Assembly: GCA_050738535.1 (NCBI GenBank)
Contig: JBOHZT010000001.1
Location: forward strand, 1-53,335
Direction of reading: 5' to 3'
Source of the DNA: Steroidobacteraceae bacterium
GTDB lineage: Bacteria; Pseudomonadota; Gammaproteobacteria; Steroidobacterales; Steroidobacteraceae
Length of the DNA stretch: 53,335 nt
Shown here piece by piece: positions 36,656-43,762 of this stretch (the first letter of the stretch is position 1; every line of letters starts with the position of its first letter). The translations under genes were made by a program, and so were the position numbers. The notes beneath the pieces were generated by a model that saw nothing but the letters and a program-made list of their open reading frames with translations, had not been told where the DNA came from and did no database searches.

Positions 36656-39235
36656 TCATGAGTACAGGTCGAGCTGCCGCGTATCGCCGATCACGCGCCC
36701 AAAATCGAGCCCGAGCGTTTCGAGCACCGGCTCGGCGACAGGCCGCACCTGCTTGGCCACATAGTGCTCGCGGTCGAGTGTGTGCCGCACGCGCTCGAGC
36801 GGCTCCGCTCCTGCGATCGTCATCACGTAGCGAATGGATCGCCGGCCGGGCTCGCCCGACTTGCGGGCGGCAGCCACGTGTGGGGGCGTGCTGGCGGTGT
36901 AGGCGCGCGCGTCCTTGCGCAGATGCTTGAAGTAAACGAGCTCCTCGTCGAGCTCGCCCGCGCGCACGCGGCGGACGATTTCCTCAAGATACGCCGCGAC
37001 GGGCTGATCGGTGAAGAGGCGCTGATAGAGCTCGCGCTGTACCCGTTTGGCGAGTGCCGTCGAGTCGCGCCGCACGACCTCCAGGCCGACGAACTCGACG
37101 TTCCCGGCTCCCGCGCCCGCGCCCGCGCCGTGGAGCAGCCCCGCGTAGCGTTTGCTCGCGCCGCGCCTGCTGTGGCGGGCATGCGGCAGGAGCAATCGAA
37201 GATAGAGCTTCTCGAACTCGAGGACGAGACGGCTCGTCACGCGCCAGCGGGCGGCGATGTGCCGCTCGAGATCTGCATTCAACCGGGCCGCGAGCCCCTC
37301 CGCCTCGGCGCACGCCCGCTGCGGGTCGGCGGCTGTCGCCGCATCGCGCGCCGAGCGCACGAACAGGCTGTCGGTATCGCCGTAGAGCACCTCGAACCCC
37401 GCGGCCTCGAACCAGGCCTTGGACCACAGCAGCATCTCTCGGCCCGAAGCGGTAATCGCGTTGGCGAGCGCTGGGTTGTAGAACCGGCATGCCGGCGTAC
37501 CGAGCACGCCATAGAAGGAATTCATGAGGATCTTGATGGCCTGCGCCGCCACGCCGTCGCCGCGTTGCTTGGCCGCCTCGCGCTGCGGATAGAGCTCATC
37601 GAGCAGCCTCGGAAGAATCGCCGGCTCGCGGCGGAAGGCGCCGGCCGGCGTCGCGATCAGGTCCTCCCGCGGCCCTGGATGAGCGACGTAGCCGAGCGGA
37701 TCGATGTTGAACGTACGGATGAGGCTCGGGTAGAGGCTCTTGAAGTCGAATACCCATACGTTGCGGTGCAAGCCGGCGGCGGGCTCGAGCACGTGGCCGC
37801 CCAGCTGCGCTTCGTGCTCGGGCGACTGCCTGCTCCGGACGCTCGGCGCCACGATGCCCTTGCGCTCGAGCGCGGCGAGATACAGGAAATCGAACGAGGC
37901 GATGCTCGCCGCGACCCGGTCCGGCGTCATGCCGGTAAGGCGGCTGCGCGCGAACGCGAGCCGCACCAGAGCGAGCTTCTCGACGATCTCGAACGCAAGA
38001 CGCGAGTCCGTGCGCGAATAAAGCGCGAACGCGGGGAGGTCGTGCCGGTAGTTGTGAATGATCTCCGCCGCGCGGTCGCGCACATCGCCCTTGACTGCCT
38101 TACCCTCCCCGAGCACCGCTCGGGCGACGGCATCGAGCGAGTAGTCCTCCATGCGAACGAAAGCGCCCCGCAACAGATCGATGCCGTCGAGCACGACCCG
38201 GCCCGGGATCGTCGCCTGGCCGCTGCCGAACCAGCCCTCCGGCTTGCGAATGCGTATCGCGCCCGCATCCCGGCCGAGCTCGAGCGTGCGGCCGAGGCGC
38301 TTCGCGATCCGCTCGAGCACGGTGAGATCGAAGTCGATGATGTTCCAGCCGGTGAGCACATCCGGATCGCGGGCCGCGACGCGCTCCTCGAAGGCTGCGA
38401 GCGCTTCGCGCTCGCTCGCGCAGCGTGTCGCGCGCTCGGGCATCGGGCGATCGGTGCCGTCCACGATGAGGACTTCGTCGATTCCTGGCGCAGGCTCGTC
38501 GAGTCCCCGCGCACGTTCGCCGAGCCCAGGCTCATGTCCGCCGAGTCCGGGCGCATAGAGCGAGATGGCGAGGAGGCGCTCGCCCTTGACGTCCGTCTCG
38601 ATGTCGAAGGCCAGCACGCGCGGCTCGAGCGTCACGTCCGCGGGCCGAAGAATGGGATTGTCGAAGACCCGCAGGCGCTGGCGTGCGGCGATTGACGCGC
38701 GTTCGGGACCGTGACTGCCGAATGCGCCGCCGCTGGCCCCATTCCCGCTGGCCCCGTTTCCGCTGGGCCCGTTGCTGCTGCTGGACCGGTCGCTGCCGAG
38801 GTCGCCCCGGAGCCCCTCGTTCTCTATTTCACAGCCGCCGCGGATGCCGCGCTCGATCAGGTAGCGCGCGGCGAAGCGCACGTCCGCCTCGAAGGTCTCG
38901 ATTCCGGCGGCTTGCAGGCGGTCGCGCAGCGGCGGCACGTCGGCAGGGGTCTCGGTGCGGATGCGGGAGACCTCGGCACCCGCGAAAGTGCGCTTCTCGG
39001 TCGGCACCGGTGTCGGTATCAATGCGGTCGTCGGGGCCGGCGCGCTCAGCGCACGCACGCGCTCGGCATCGCGCGTGCGCACGTAGAAGCAGGGACGCTG
39101 CCGGTCGTCGCGCACCAGGAAGGCGCTGCCATCCTCGAGTCGGCCGTAGACATGGACCACGGGGACTCTTCGGCCGCCCCCGGAGGAGGCGACCCGATAG
39201 CTCGCCTGGAGGACGAAGCCGCGTGCGGTGGCCAC
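36656..39235 (-). CDS. polB: DNA polymerase II (family B)
   Basis: Exo motifs 'FDIETD', 'NIIDFDL' and 'YSLDAV'. Pol motifs 'DFKSLYPS', 'KILMNSFYG' and 'YGDTDS'. The start is proposed at GTG 39235 ('VATARGFVLQASYR'). The listed ORF runs on to 39745, which overlaps the next gene and is unlikely. Confidence 0.85.
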   Translation of the reverse strand: MATARGFVLQASYRVASSGGGRRVPVVHVYGRLEDGSAFLVRDDRQRPCFYVRTRDAERVRALSAPAPTTALIPTPVPTEKRTFAGAEVSRIRTETPADVPPLRDRLQAAGIETFEADVRFAARYLIERGIRGGCEIENEGLRGDLGSDRSSSSNGPSGNGASGNGASGGAFGSHGPERASIAARQRLRVFDNPILRPADVTLEPRVLAFDIETDVKGERLLAISLYAPGLGGHEPGLGERARGLDEPAPGIDEVLIVDGTDRPMPERATRCASEREALAAFEERVAARDPDVLTGWNIIDFDLTVLERIAKRLGRTLELGRDAGAIRIRKPEGWFGSGQATIPGRVVLDGIDLLRGAFVRMEDYSLDAVARAVLGEGKAVKGDVRDRAAEIIHNYRHDLPAFALYSRTDSRLAFEIVEKLALVRLAFARSRLTGMTPDRVAASIASFDFLYLAALERKGIVAPSVRSRQSPEHEAQLGGHVLEPAAGLHRNVWVFDFKSLYPSLIRTFNIDPLGYVAHPGPREDLIATPAGAFRREPAILPRLLDELYPQREAAKQRGDGVAAQAIKILMNSFYGVLGTPACRFYNPALANAITASGREMLLWSKAWFEAAGFEVLYGDTDSLFVRSARDAATAADPQRACAEAEGLAARLNADLERHIAARWRVTSRLVLEFEKLYLRLLLPHARHSRRGASKRYAGLLHGAGAGAGAGNVEFVGLEVVRRDSTALAKRVQRELYQRLFTDQPVAAYLEEIVRRVRAGELDEELVYFKHLRKDARAYTASTPPHVAAARKSGEPGRRSIRYVMTIAGAEPLERVRHTLDREHYVAKQVRPVAEPVLETLGLDFGRVIGDTRQLDLYS

Positions 39236-39361
39236 GCAGCCATTGTGCCGCAGGTTCGTCCTGATGGGGTCGGGCCGCCGGCGTGCCGCGGGGTCGCATG
39301 GCGCGCGACGGGCCACTACAATCACCGGCCGCCTGGCGGAAAACCCGCCGAGGGAGCCGCC

Positions 39362-39769
39362 ATGGTCCAAGCCACTTCTCCCAACGAGCGCACCGTGCTC
39401 GAGTTCTTCGGAGCCCTCAGCAACGGGGATCTCGCGAAGGTGCGCACACTGCTTCACGAGGAGGCCACGTGGACGCCGCAAGTCCAGGGGGTGCCGGGCG
39501 CCGGGACCCATAAGGGACACAAGGGCATCGTCGATGAGTTCCTGGCGCCCGTGCGCGGGCTGTTCGCGCCTGGGGACCCGAAGGTCGACATCACGACGAT
39601 CGCCTCGAACGGACCGCTCGTCATGCTCGAGTCCCGGGGCGTCGGGCGCCTGAGCGATGGCCGTCCCTACTCGAACCTCTATGCGTGGGCGGTCGAGGTC
39701 CACGGCGGCAAGATCACCGCGATCCGCGAGTACATGGATAGCCACTACGTGGCAGGGCTATTCGGCTGA
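39362..39769 (+). CDS. SnoaL/ketosteroid-isomerase-like NTF2-fold protein
   Basis: 135 aa from MVQATSPNERTVLEFFGALSNGDLAKVRTLLHEEATW, ending ...GKITAIREYMDS. This is only the last third of listed ORF 38711..39769. A GGGAG Shine-Dalgarno precedes the ATG. Confidence 0.7.
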   Translation: MVQATSPNERTVLEFFGALSNGDLAKVRTLLHEEATWTPQVQGVPGAGTHKGHKGIVDEFLAPVRGLFAPGDPKVDITTIASNGPLVMLESRGVGRLSDGRPYSNLYAWAVEVHGGKITAIREYMDSHYVAGLFG

Positions 39770-39804
39770 CGCGCTGGCGGTAGCGCCGCGGGCGCGGACT
39801 CGCC

Positions 39805-39831
39805 CGCCCGCCCGCAAGCAGCGGGCGGGCG
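39805..39831 (+). terminator. Perfect 11-bp GC stem-loop downstream of the SnoaL-like gene (no U-tract)
   Basis: cgcccgcccgc-aagca-gcgggcgggcg. It lies 36 nt after the stop codon and upstream of the tRNA. Confidence 0.35.
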
Positions 39832-39911
39832 ACCTTGTGGTAGGATGCGCCCCCCGCGAGAGACCCGCCGCAGGCGGCATCTGCTGCCTCGCCGCGGTAC
39901 CGGGCACCGGC

Positions 39912-39988
39912 GCGCCCGTAGCTCAGTTGGATAGAGTACCTGGCTACGAACCAGGGGGTCGGGGGTTCGAATCCCTCCGGGCGCGCCA
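39912..39988 (+). tRNA. tRNA-Arg (anticodon ACG)
   Basis: Cloverleaf read by eye: acceptor GCGCCCG/CGGGCGC, D-arm GCTCAGTTGGATAGAGT, anticodon arm CCTGG-CTACGAA-CCAGG, T-arm GGGGG-TTCGAAT-CCCTC, and an encoded CCA. Near-identical in layout to E. coli tRNA-Arg(ACG). Confidence 0.95.
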
Positions 39989-40015
39989 ATTAATCAGTGA
40001 CTTACGGGCGCCGTC

Positions 40016-40171
40016 TCATCCGCCTGGTCGCTGCCGTTGCCTGGCCCAACGAGCCTCGACCGCCCTGCGAGCTTGTTCGCTTGTCCTCGCCTTCCTCGGA
40101 CCGCTCGCCTTGCCGCCTTTGCGACCGATAGCCGCCAAGTAGGCGCGCACCGGCTCTGGAGTCTTGCTCAT
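40016..40171 (-). CDS. Small basic protein (51 aa) with 'GRKGGKA...ARRAVEARWARQ' motif; unknown function
   Basis: Hand translation: MSKTPEPVRAYLAAIGRKGGKASGPRKARTSEQARRAVEARWARQRQRPGG*. It is too short for the ORF track. Its ATG overlaps the upstream stop (TGATG). It ends 28 nt from the tRNA. Confidence 0.4.
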   Translation of the reverse strand: MSKTPEPVRAYLAAIGRKGGKASGPRKARTSEQARRAVEARWARQRQRPGG

Positions 40172-40389
40172 CAGTCAGCGAGCTCGAGGCGCTTCTCAAT
40201 GCGTTCGATGCGCCGCACGAGGCGGTCGTGACGGTCGTTCTGATCCGCCTTGTCGGTGTAGATGCTTCCGATCAGCCGCTCAACGCTTGAGAGCCGTGAG
40301 ATGATCTCGTCGAGCTTCTCATCCTGCCGATCCTGCTTGGCGCGCACGCCGCGCAGCATTTCGAGTACCAGATTCTCCGGCTCGTTCAT
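40171..40389 (-). CDS. Small coiled-coil protein (72 aa), unknown function
   Basis: MNEPENLVLEMLRGVRAKQDRQDEKLDEIISRLSSVERLIGSIYTDKADQNDRHDRLVRRIERIEKRLELAD. Heptad-like and highly charged, with locally lower GC. An alternative GTG start exists at 40431. Confidence 0.45.
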   Translation of the reverse strand: MNEPENLVLEMLRGVRAKQDRQDEKLDEIISRLSSVERLIGSIYTDKADQNDRHDRLVRRIERIEKRLELAD

Positions 40390-40482
40390 GTTTCGGCGTC
40401 CTGGCGTATCTCTAGTGTCGCCATTGTACACTAGCCGCTTGCGTATGCAAGTGGCCCGAGAGGTCGTACACTCGCCGCGCGA

Positions 40483-41652
40483 TCAGGACCAGTAAGTCCA
40501 GGGAACGTGGCAGACGCCGGCGCGCTGCAGCTCCACGCCATCGTGTGCCCAGGCCAGCACGGCTTGCTTGGCGCCCAGCGCTTTCATCGCAGTCTGTAGT
40601 GCCCGTTCGTCGTAGGCGACCCGGGATTTCGGGCTCACGGAGACTTTGATAGGGGTCCCCGACCAGACAAAGTCCACCGGGCTTCCGCGGGCGCTCTTGA
40701 AGAAGACAGGCGGAGCGCGCTTACCGGAGTACTCCGCCGCGGCCCGGATCTCCTTGAGAACGAATATCCGGCCCAGGCTGAGGGAGCGGCCCTCGCCCAG
40801 GGTTCCCTCCATCAGGTGGCTTGCGATGCCCGTGTCCGTGGGGAACCAGACGTCCCGTGCGACGCTCGCCTCGTGAGGGGTGAGCTTCTGCAGCAGGAAC
40901 ACGTCCTCGAGCGCCTGCAAATATCTGCGAAGCATGCGTGAGTTCTGCTTGAAGTGCTTGAGCGTAGGTGCTTCGCCCTCCGATAGGAGGCGGGCCATCT
41001 GCCGCAGAATCGACCACGTCGCATCGGGGTCATAGCGGTCGCCATAAGCTCGTGCAGCGTCTCGTACGACGGTAGTCTCTAGCCAGCTGGTGAAATAGGC
41101 GTGGCGCTCCGCGTCACCACGCGTGAAGAGTGGAGTCGGCAAGCCGCCGCATGCCAGCTGTTCGAGCGCCTTCGACTGGGGAAAGCGCGGCTCCGAGCCA
41201 TGGAGCGGGGCGGCGTGGCCGGCCGAGAACTCGGCCTGGTGCGCCTCGGCCAATGTCATCGGATACAGATAGTGCAAGCCGATTCGTCCGGTGAGCGATT
41301 CGCGGATGCCGAGCCGTGCGGAAAATCGCGACGAACCGGTGAGATAGTACTTCCCGGGCTGCCTCCTGCGGTCGACATCGAGCTTGATGGCATCGAAGAG
41401 CGCGGGCGCCTTCTGCGCCTCGTCGATGGCGACGGGGGTGCGGAGCTTCGACAGGAAGTTCTTGGCGGAGAGGCGCGCATCCTCGAGCGCGTCCTGGTCA
41501 TCGAGCGTGACGTGATGGGATACCCCGAGAAGGTTACCGAGCAGGGTGGATTTGCCGATCTGCCGGAGTCCGAGGACGCCGACGACGGGCCAGAAGCGAC
41601 CGGCTGCCTTCAGTCGAGCGAGGAGGTGACGATTGCGGAGATGAGCCACCAA
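40483..41652 (-). CDS. AAA+ ATPase (AAA_14 + DUF4143 family)
   Basis: Walker A 'GLRQIGKSTLL', Walker B 'VAIDEAQK', and a DUF4143-like C-terminal half. TTG/GTG start. It lies 41 bp downstream of the PRTase gene on the same strand. Confidence 0.8.
   Translation of the reverse strand: MVAHLRNRHLLARLKAAGRFWPVVGVLGLRQIGKSTLLGNLLGVSHHVTLDDQDALEDARLSAKNFLSKLRTPVAIDEAQKAPALFDAIKLDVDRRRQPGKYYLTGSSRFSARLGIRESLTGRIGLHYLYPMTLAEAHQAEFSAGHAAPLHGSEPRFPQSKALEQLACGGLPTPLFTRGDAERHAYFTSWLETTVVRDAARAYGDRYDPDATWSILRQMARLLSEGEAPTLKHFKQNSRMLRRYLQALEDVFLLQKLTPHEASVARDVWFPTDTGIASHLMEGTLGEGRSLSLGRIFVLKEIRAAAEYSGKRAPPVFFKSARGSPVDFVWSGTPIKVSVSPKSRVAYDERALQTAMKALGAKQAVLAWAHDGVELQRAGVCHVPWTYWS
40632..40690. repeat. 59-bp perfect direct repeat, copy A (inside the 3' part of the ATPase gene)
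   Basis: GGCTCACGGAGACTTTGATAGGGGTCCCCGACCAGACAAAGTCCACCGGGCTTCCGCGG is identical at 43363..43421. Here it encodes '...RGSPVDFVWSGTPIKVSVS...' of the ATPase. Confidence 0.9.
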
Positions 41653-41693
41653 AGTAGAGTATATAAATGTCGTTATGACGTCAAATATATGCC

Positions 41694-42362
41694 CTACTTA
41701 GGCGCTTCCGCTCCGGTCGCCCGGTCACTGGGGTGGATCGCCCGAGCGATGAAAATGGCGACGATCGCGTGCCCCGGCAGTGCCTCGAGGAGCCGGGTCT
41801 TGGCGACTTTGTAGTGCTTCCCGGACGTGAGGACGTCGTCGAAGAGGATGATCCGGTCACGGACGGGAGTGGTGAGCTGCGCGCGGTCCAATTCCGTGAT
41901 CTCGAGCAGCGCATCGTAGCTGCTGCGCAGGTCGCGCAGATGATCGGCCTCGGTGCTCACCGTTTGCCGCAGCAGGCAGCGTAGATCGAGTGCGTCGCCG
42001 AAGGCGGCACGGAGGGTACGCTCGAGACGATCGCAGTAGTCCGGATGGGTGCGCACGCGGGAGGTGGCGATCGGGACGAAAGTGGTCTCGGCCAGCGTCC
42101 GCCCGGAGATGGCCGTGCGCAGCGCCGCCGCTACGTCGCGAATCGCCTGCTCCTTGTAATAGTGAAGCTCGCGCGCCTTGGGACTCGCGCGGATCGCCAT
42201 GGGCCTGCGCTTGTAGTTGGCGATGAGCTGATTCGTCTCGCCGAAGCGAAAGCCCTGGCGGCTGTGGAAATCTCCAAAGAAGTAGCAGTGGTCGTCGGGA
42301 TCGAGGAAGTGATGCTGATCCCGGGTGGTCTCGTCGATCTTGGTGAGGCGGTCAGGGAGCAA
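41694..42362 (-). CDS. ComF-like phosphoribosyltransferase-fold protein (PPRT)
   Basis: PRPP-binding loop 'RIILFDDVLTSGKH' and upstream 'FVPIATSRVRTHPDYCDRLERTL', resembling ComF/amidophosphoribosyltransferase-like proteins. Overlaps the dprA-like stop by 11 nt. TTG start, so the start is uncertain. Confidence 0.7.
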   Translation of the reverse strand: MLPDRLTKIDETTRDQHHFLDPDDHCYFFGDFHSRQGFRFGETNQLIANYKRRPMAIRASPKARELHYYKEQAIRDVAAALRTAISGRTLAETTFVPIATSRVRTHPDYCDRLERTLRAAFGDALDLRCLLRQTVSTEADHLRDLRSSYDALLEITELDRAQLTTPVRDRIILFDDVLTSGKHYKVAKTRLLEALPGHAIVAIFIARAIHPSDRATGAEAPK

Positions 42363-43362
42363 GGTGTCTCATGATGTCCTCGAGCGTCGCGACGCGGGCC
42401 GCGCCGCGAGCGAGGAATCTGGCGGGCCAGGTCAGCTCCGGGTTGCGTAAGCAGCTGTCGAGGATGAGGAGCTTGCGTCCCTGCTGGAGTGCGTGGCGCG
42501 CCTGGATCAGCGTGCCGGAGGTGTTCCCCGCCTCGACGATGATCGTCGCCTCGGTGAGCGCGGAGATCGTCGCATTGCGCTCGGGGAAGAAGAGCCGATT
42601 CTGCAGCGGACTCTGCTTCGAATACCGGACGATCGGGACTTGGCTCACCACTAGGAACTCGGCGGCGATCCGGCGCTGGAGCGCTGCGTTCGCAGGCGGG
42701 TAGCAGGCGGTGATCGGCGTGCCGAGGACGGCGATCGTTCTGCCTCCGGCCTCGATCGCCGCGCGATGCGCAGCGGTATCGATTCCCTGCGCGAGGCCGG
42801 ACACGATCGTGAATTTCGCGCGGACGAGGCCTCGCGCCAGCTTCGCCGCGCGCCGCTCCCCGTCCTCACTGGGGTGGCGCGTGCCGACGATCGCGACGCA
42901 GCGCGTGCTCGTGAGATCCCAGTTGCCGCAGTAGTACAGGAGCTCGATCGGATGCGCGGCATCGCGGAGCCGCGCCGGATACTCGCCGGCTCCGTTGACC
43001 CGGATGCCGAAACGCGGGATGTCGGCCGCGCGGATCTGGTCGAGGGCGTCCCGCGCGTACTGCTCGGCCTCGCGCGGCTCGACGAGGTCCGAGGGCATCG
43101 CCTCGGGATGCATCCGGAATCGATTCGCGAGAGTCTTGAACGTCGCCCCCTTTTGCATCCACAGGGCTTCGTACGCGCCGATCTCGCGAGCCGGGACTAT
43201 CGCGCGCTCGGTGAAGTCGAGCGTGGCGGCGGTGGACTCGAAGAGGTCGGACATGGGTGTGATCCGCGGCGTCGGCTCGGCCCGCATGAGCGCCGCGTCC
43301 CGCAGGGTAACAGGCTTTCGAGATCGCGGCAGCCGGTCGACGACTGGCGCGATCAGGACCAT
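42352..43362 (-). CDS. DprA/Smf-family (SLOG Rossmann) protein
   Basis: 'YPARLRDAAHPIELLYYCG', 'VAIVGTRHPSEDGERRAAKLARGLVRAKFTIVSGLAQGIDTAAHRAAIEAGGRTIAVLGTPI...YPPAN', 'FPERNATISALTEATIIVEAGNTSGTLIQARHALQQGRKLLIL'. No C-terminal winged helix. 336 aa. Confidence 0.8.
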   Translation of the reverse strand: MVLIAPVVDRLPRSRKPVTLRDAALMRAEPTPRITPMSDLFESTAATLDFTERAIVPAREIGAYEALWMQKGATFKTLANRFRMHPEAMPSDLVEPREAEQYARDALDQIRAADIPRFGIRVNGAGEYPARLRDAAHPIELLYYCGNWDLTSTRCVAIVGTRHPSEDGERRAAKLARGLVRAKFTIVSGLAQGIDTAAHRAAIEAGGRTIAVLGTPITACYPPANAALQRRIAAEFLVVSQVPIVRYSKQSPLQNRLFFPERNATISALTEATIIVEAGNTSGTLIQARHALQQGRKLLILDSCLRNPELTWPARFLARGAARVATLEDIMRHLAP

Positions 43363-43421
43363 GGCTCACGGAGACTTTGATAGGGGTCCCCGACCAGACA
43401 AAGTCCACCGGGCTTCCGCGG
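43363..43421. repeat. 59-bp perfect direct repeat, copy B (abuts the dprA-like start codon)
   Basis: Identical to 40632..40690. Similarity stops exactly at both ends. It contains an internal 7-bp inverted repeat GACTTTG...CAAAGTC. Confidence 0.9.
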
Positions 43422-43446
43422 TCTCGCGTCGGCGACCGCCCCTGGA

Positions 43447-43474
43447 TTGCGAGCCGGATAATTTTAGCTAAAAT
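43447..43474 (+). promoter_or_regulatory. Putative sigma70 promoter with palindromic operator for the phd operon (possibly a leaderless transcript)
   Basis: TTGCGA (43447-52), 16 nt spacer, TAAAAT (43469-74), then 6 nt to the ATG at 43481 with no Shine-Dalgarno. The self-complementary octamer TTAGCTAA (43464-71) is followed by ATAGCTAA (43473-80). Confidence 0.4.
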
Positions 43475-43480
43475 AGCTAA

Positions 43481-43762
43481 ATGATTAAACGCGTATCGGC
43501 GACGGACGCCAAGAACAACTTCGGCGGGTTGCTCGAGGACGTTGCAGCGCTCGGGCGCGTCGACATCGTGCGGCACGGCCGCGTGGCTGCCGTCGTACTC
43601 TCTCCGCGCGCGCTCGGATCGCAGGCGCCGAGCGCAGAGCGCGCGAAGCCCGCGGGATCGGCGGGGCAGGCAAGCCGCTGGGGCGCGACGCACATGATCC
43701 CGCCGCGGCTTGCCCGCGGCGCCCGCATGCTCACCACGCCCGACGAGTTCGATGACGACTGA
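43481..43762 (+). CDS. Phd/YefM-family type II antitoxin
   Basis: 'MIKRVSATDAKNNFGGLLEDVAALGRVDIVRHGRVAAVVLSPRA' is the canonical Phd N-terminal fold. Disordered acidic tail '...TPDEFDDD'. Overlaps the next ORF by 11 nt. Confidence 0.8.
   Translation: MIKRVSATDAKNNFGGLLEDVAALGRVDIVRHGRVAAVVLSPRALGSQAPSAERAKPAGSAGQASRWGATHMIPPRLARGARMLTTPDEFDDD

Noticed and set aside
36764-38695. 643-aa plus-strand ORF, together with the upstream part of the 1029-aa minus ORF (39236-39745).
   Set aside because: The plus ORF is antisense to polB. The N-terminal 170 codons of the long minus ORF overlap the convincing SnoaL-like gene and show no Pol II similarity. Homology begins at the GTG at 39235.
40632-43421. 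The idea that the 59-bp repeats are integron attC ('59-base element') sites.
   Set aside because: The copies are identical direct repeats rather than cassette-specific imperfect palindromes with GTTRRRY cores. No intI or attI is present, and one copy is ordinary coding sequence.
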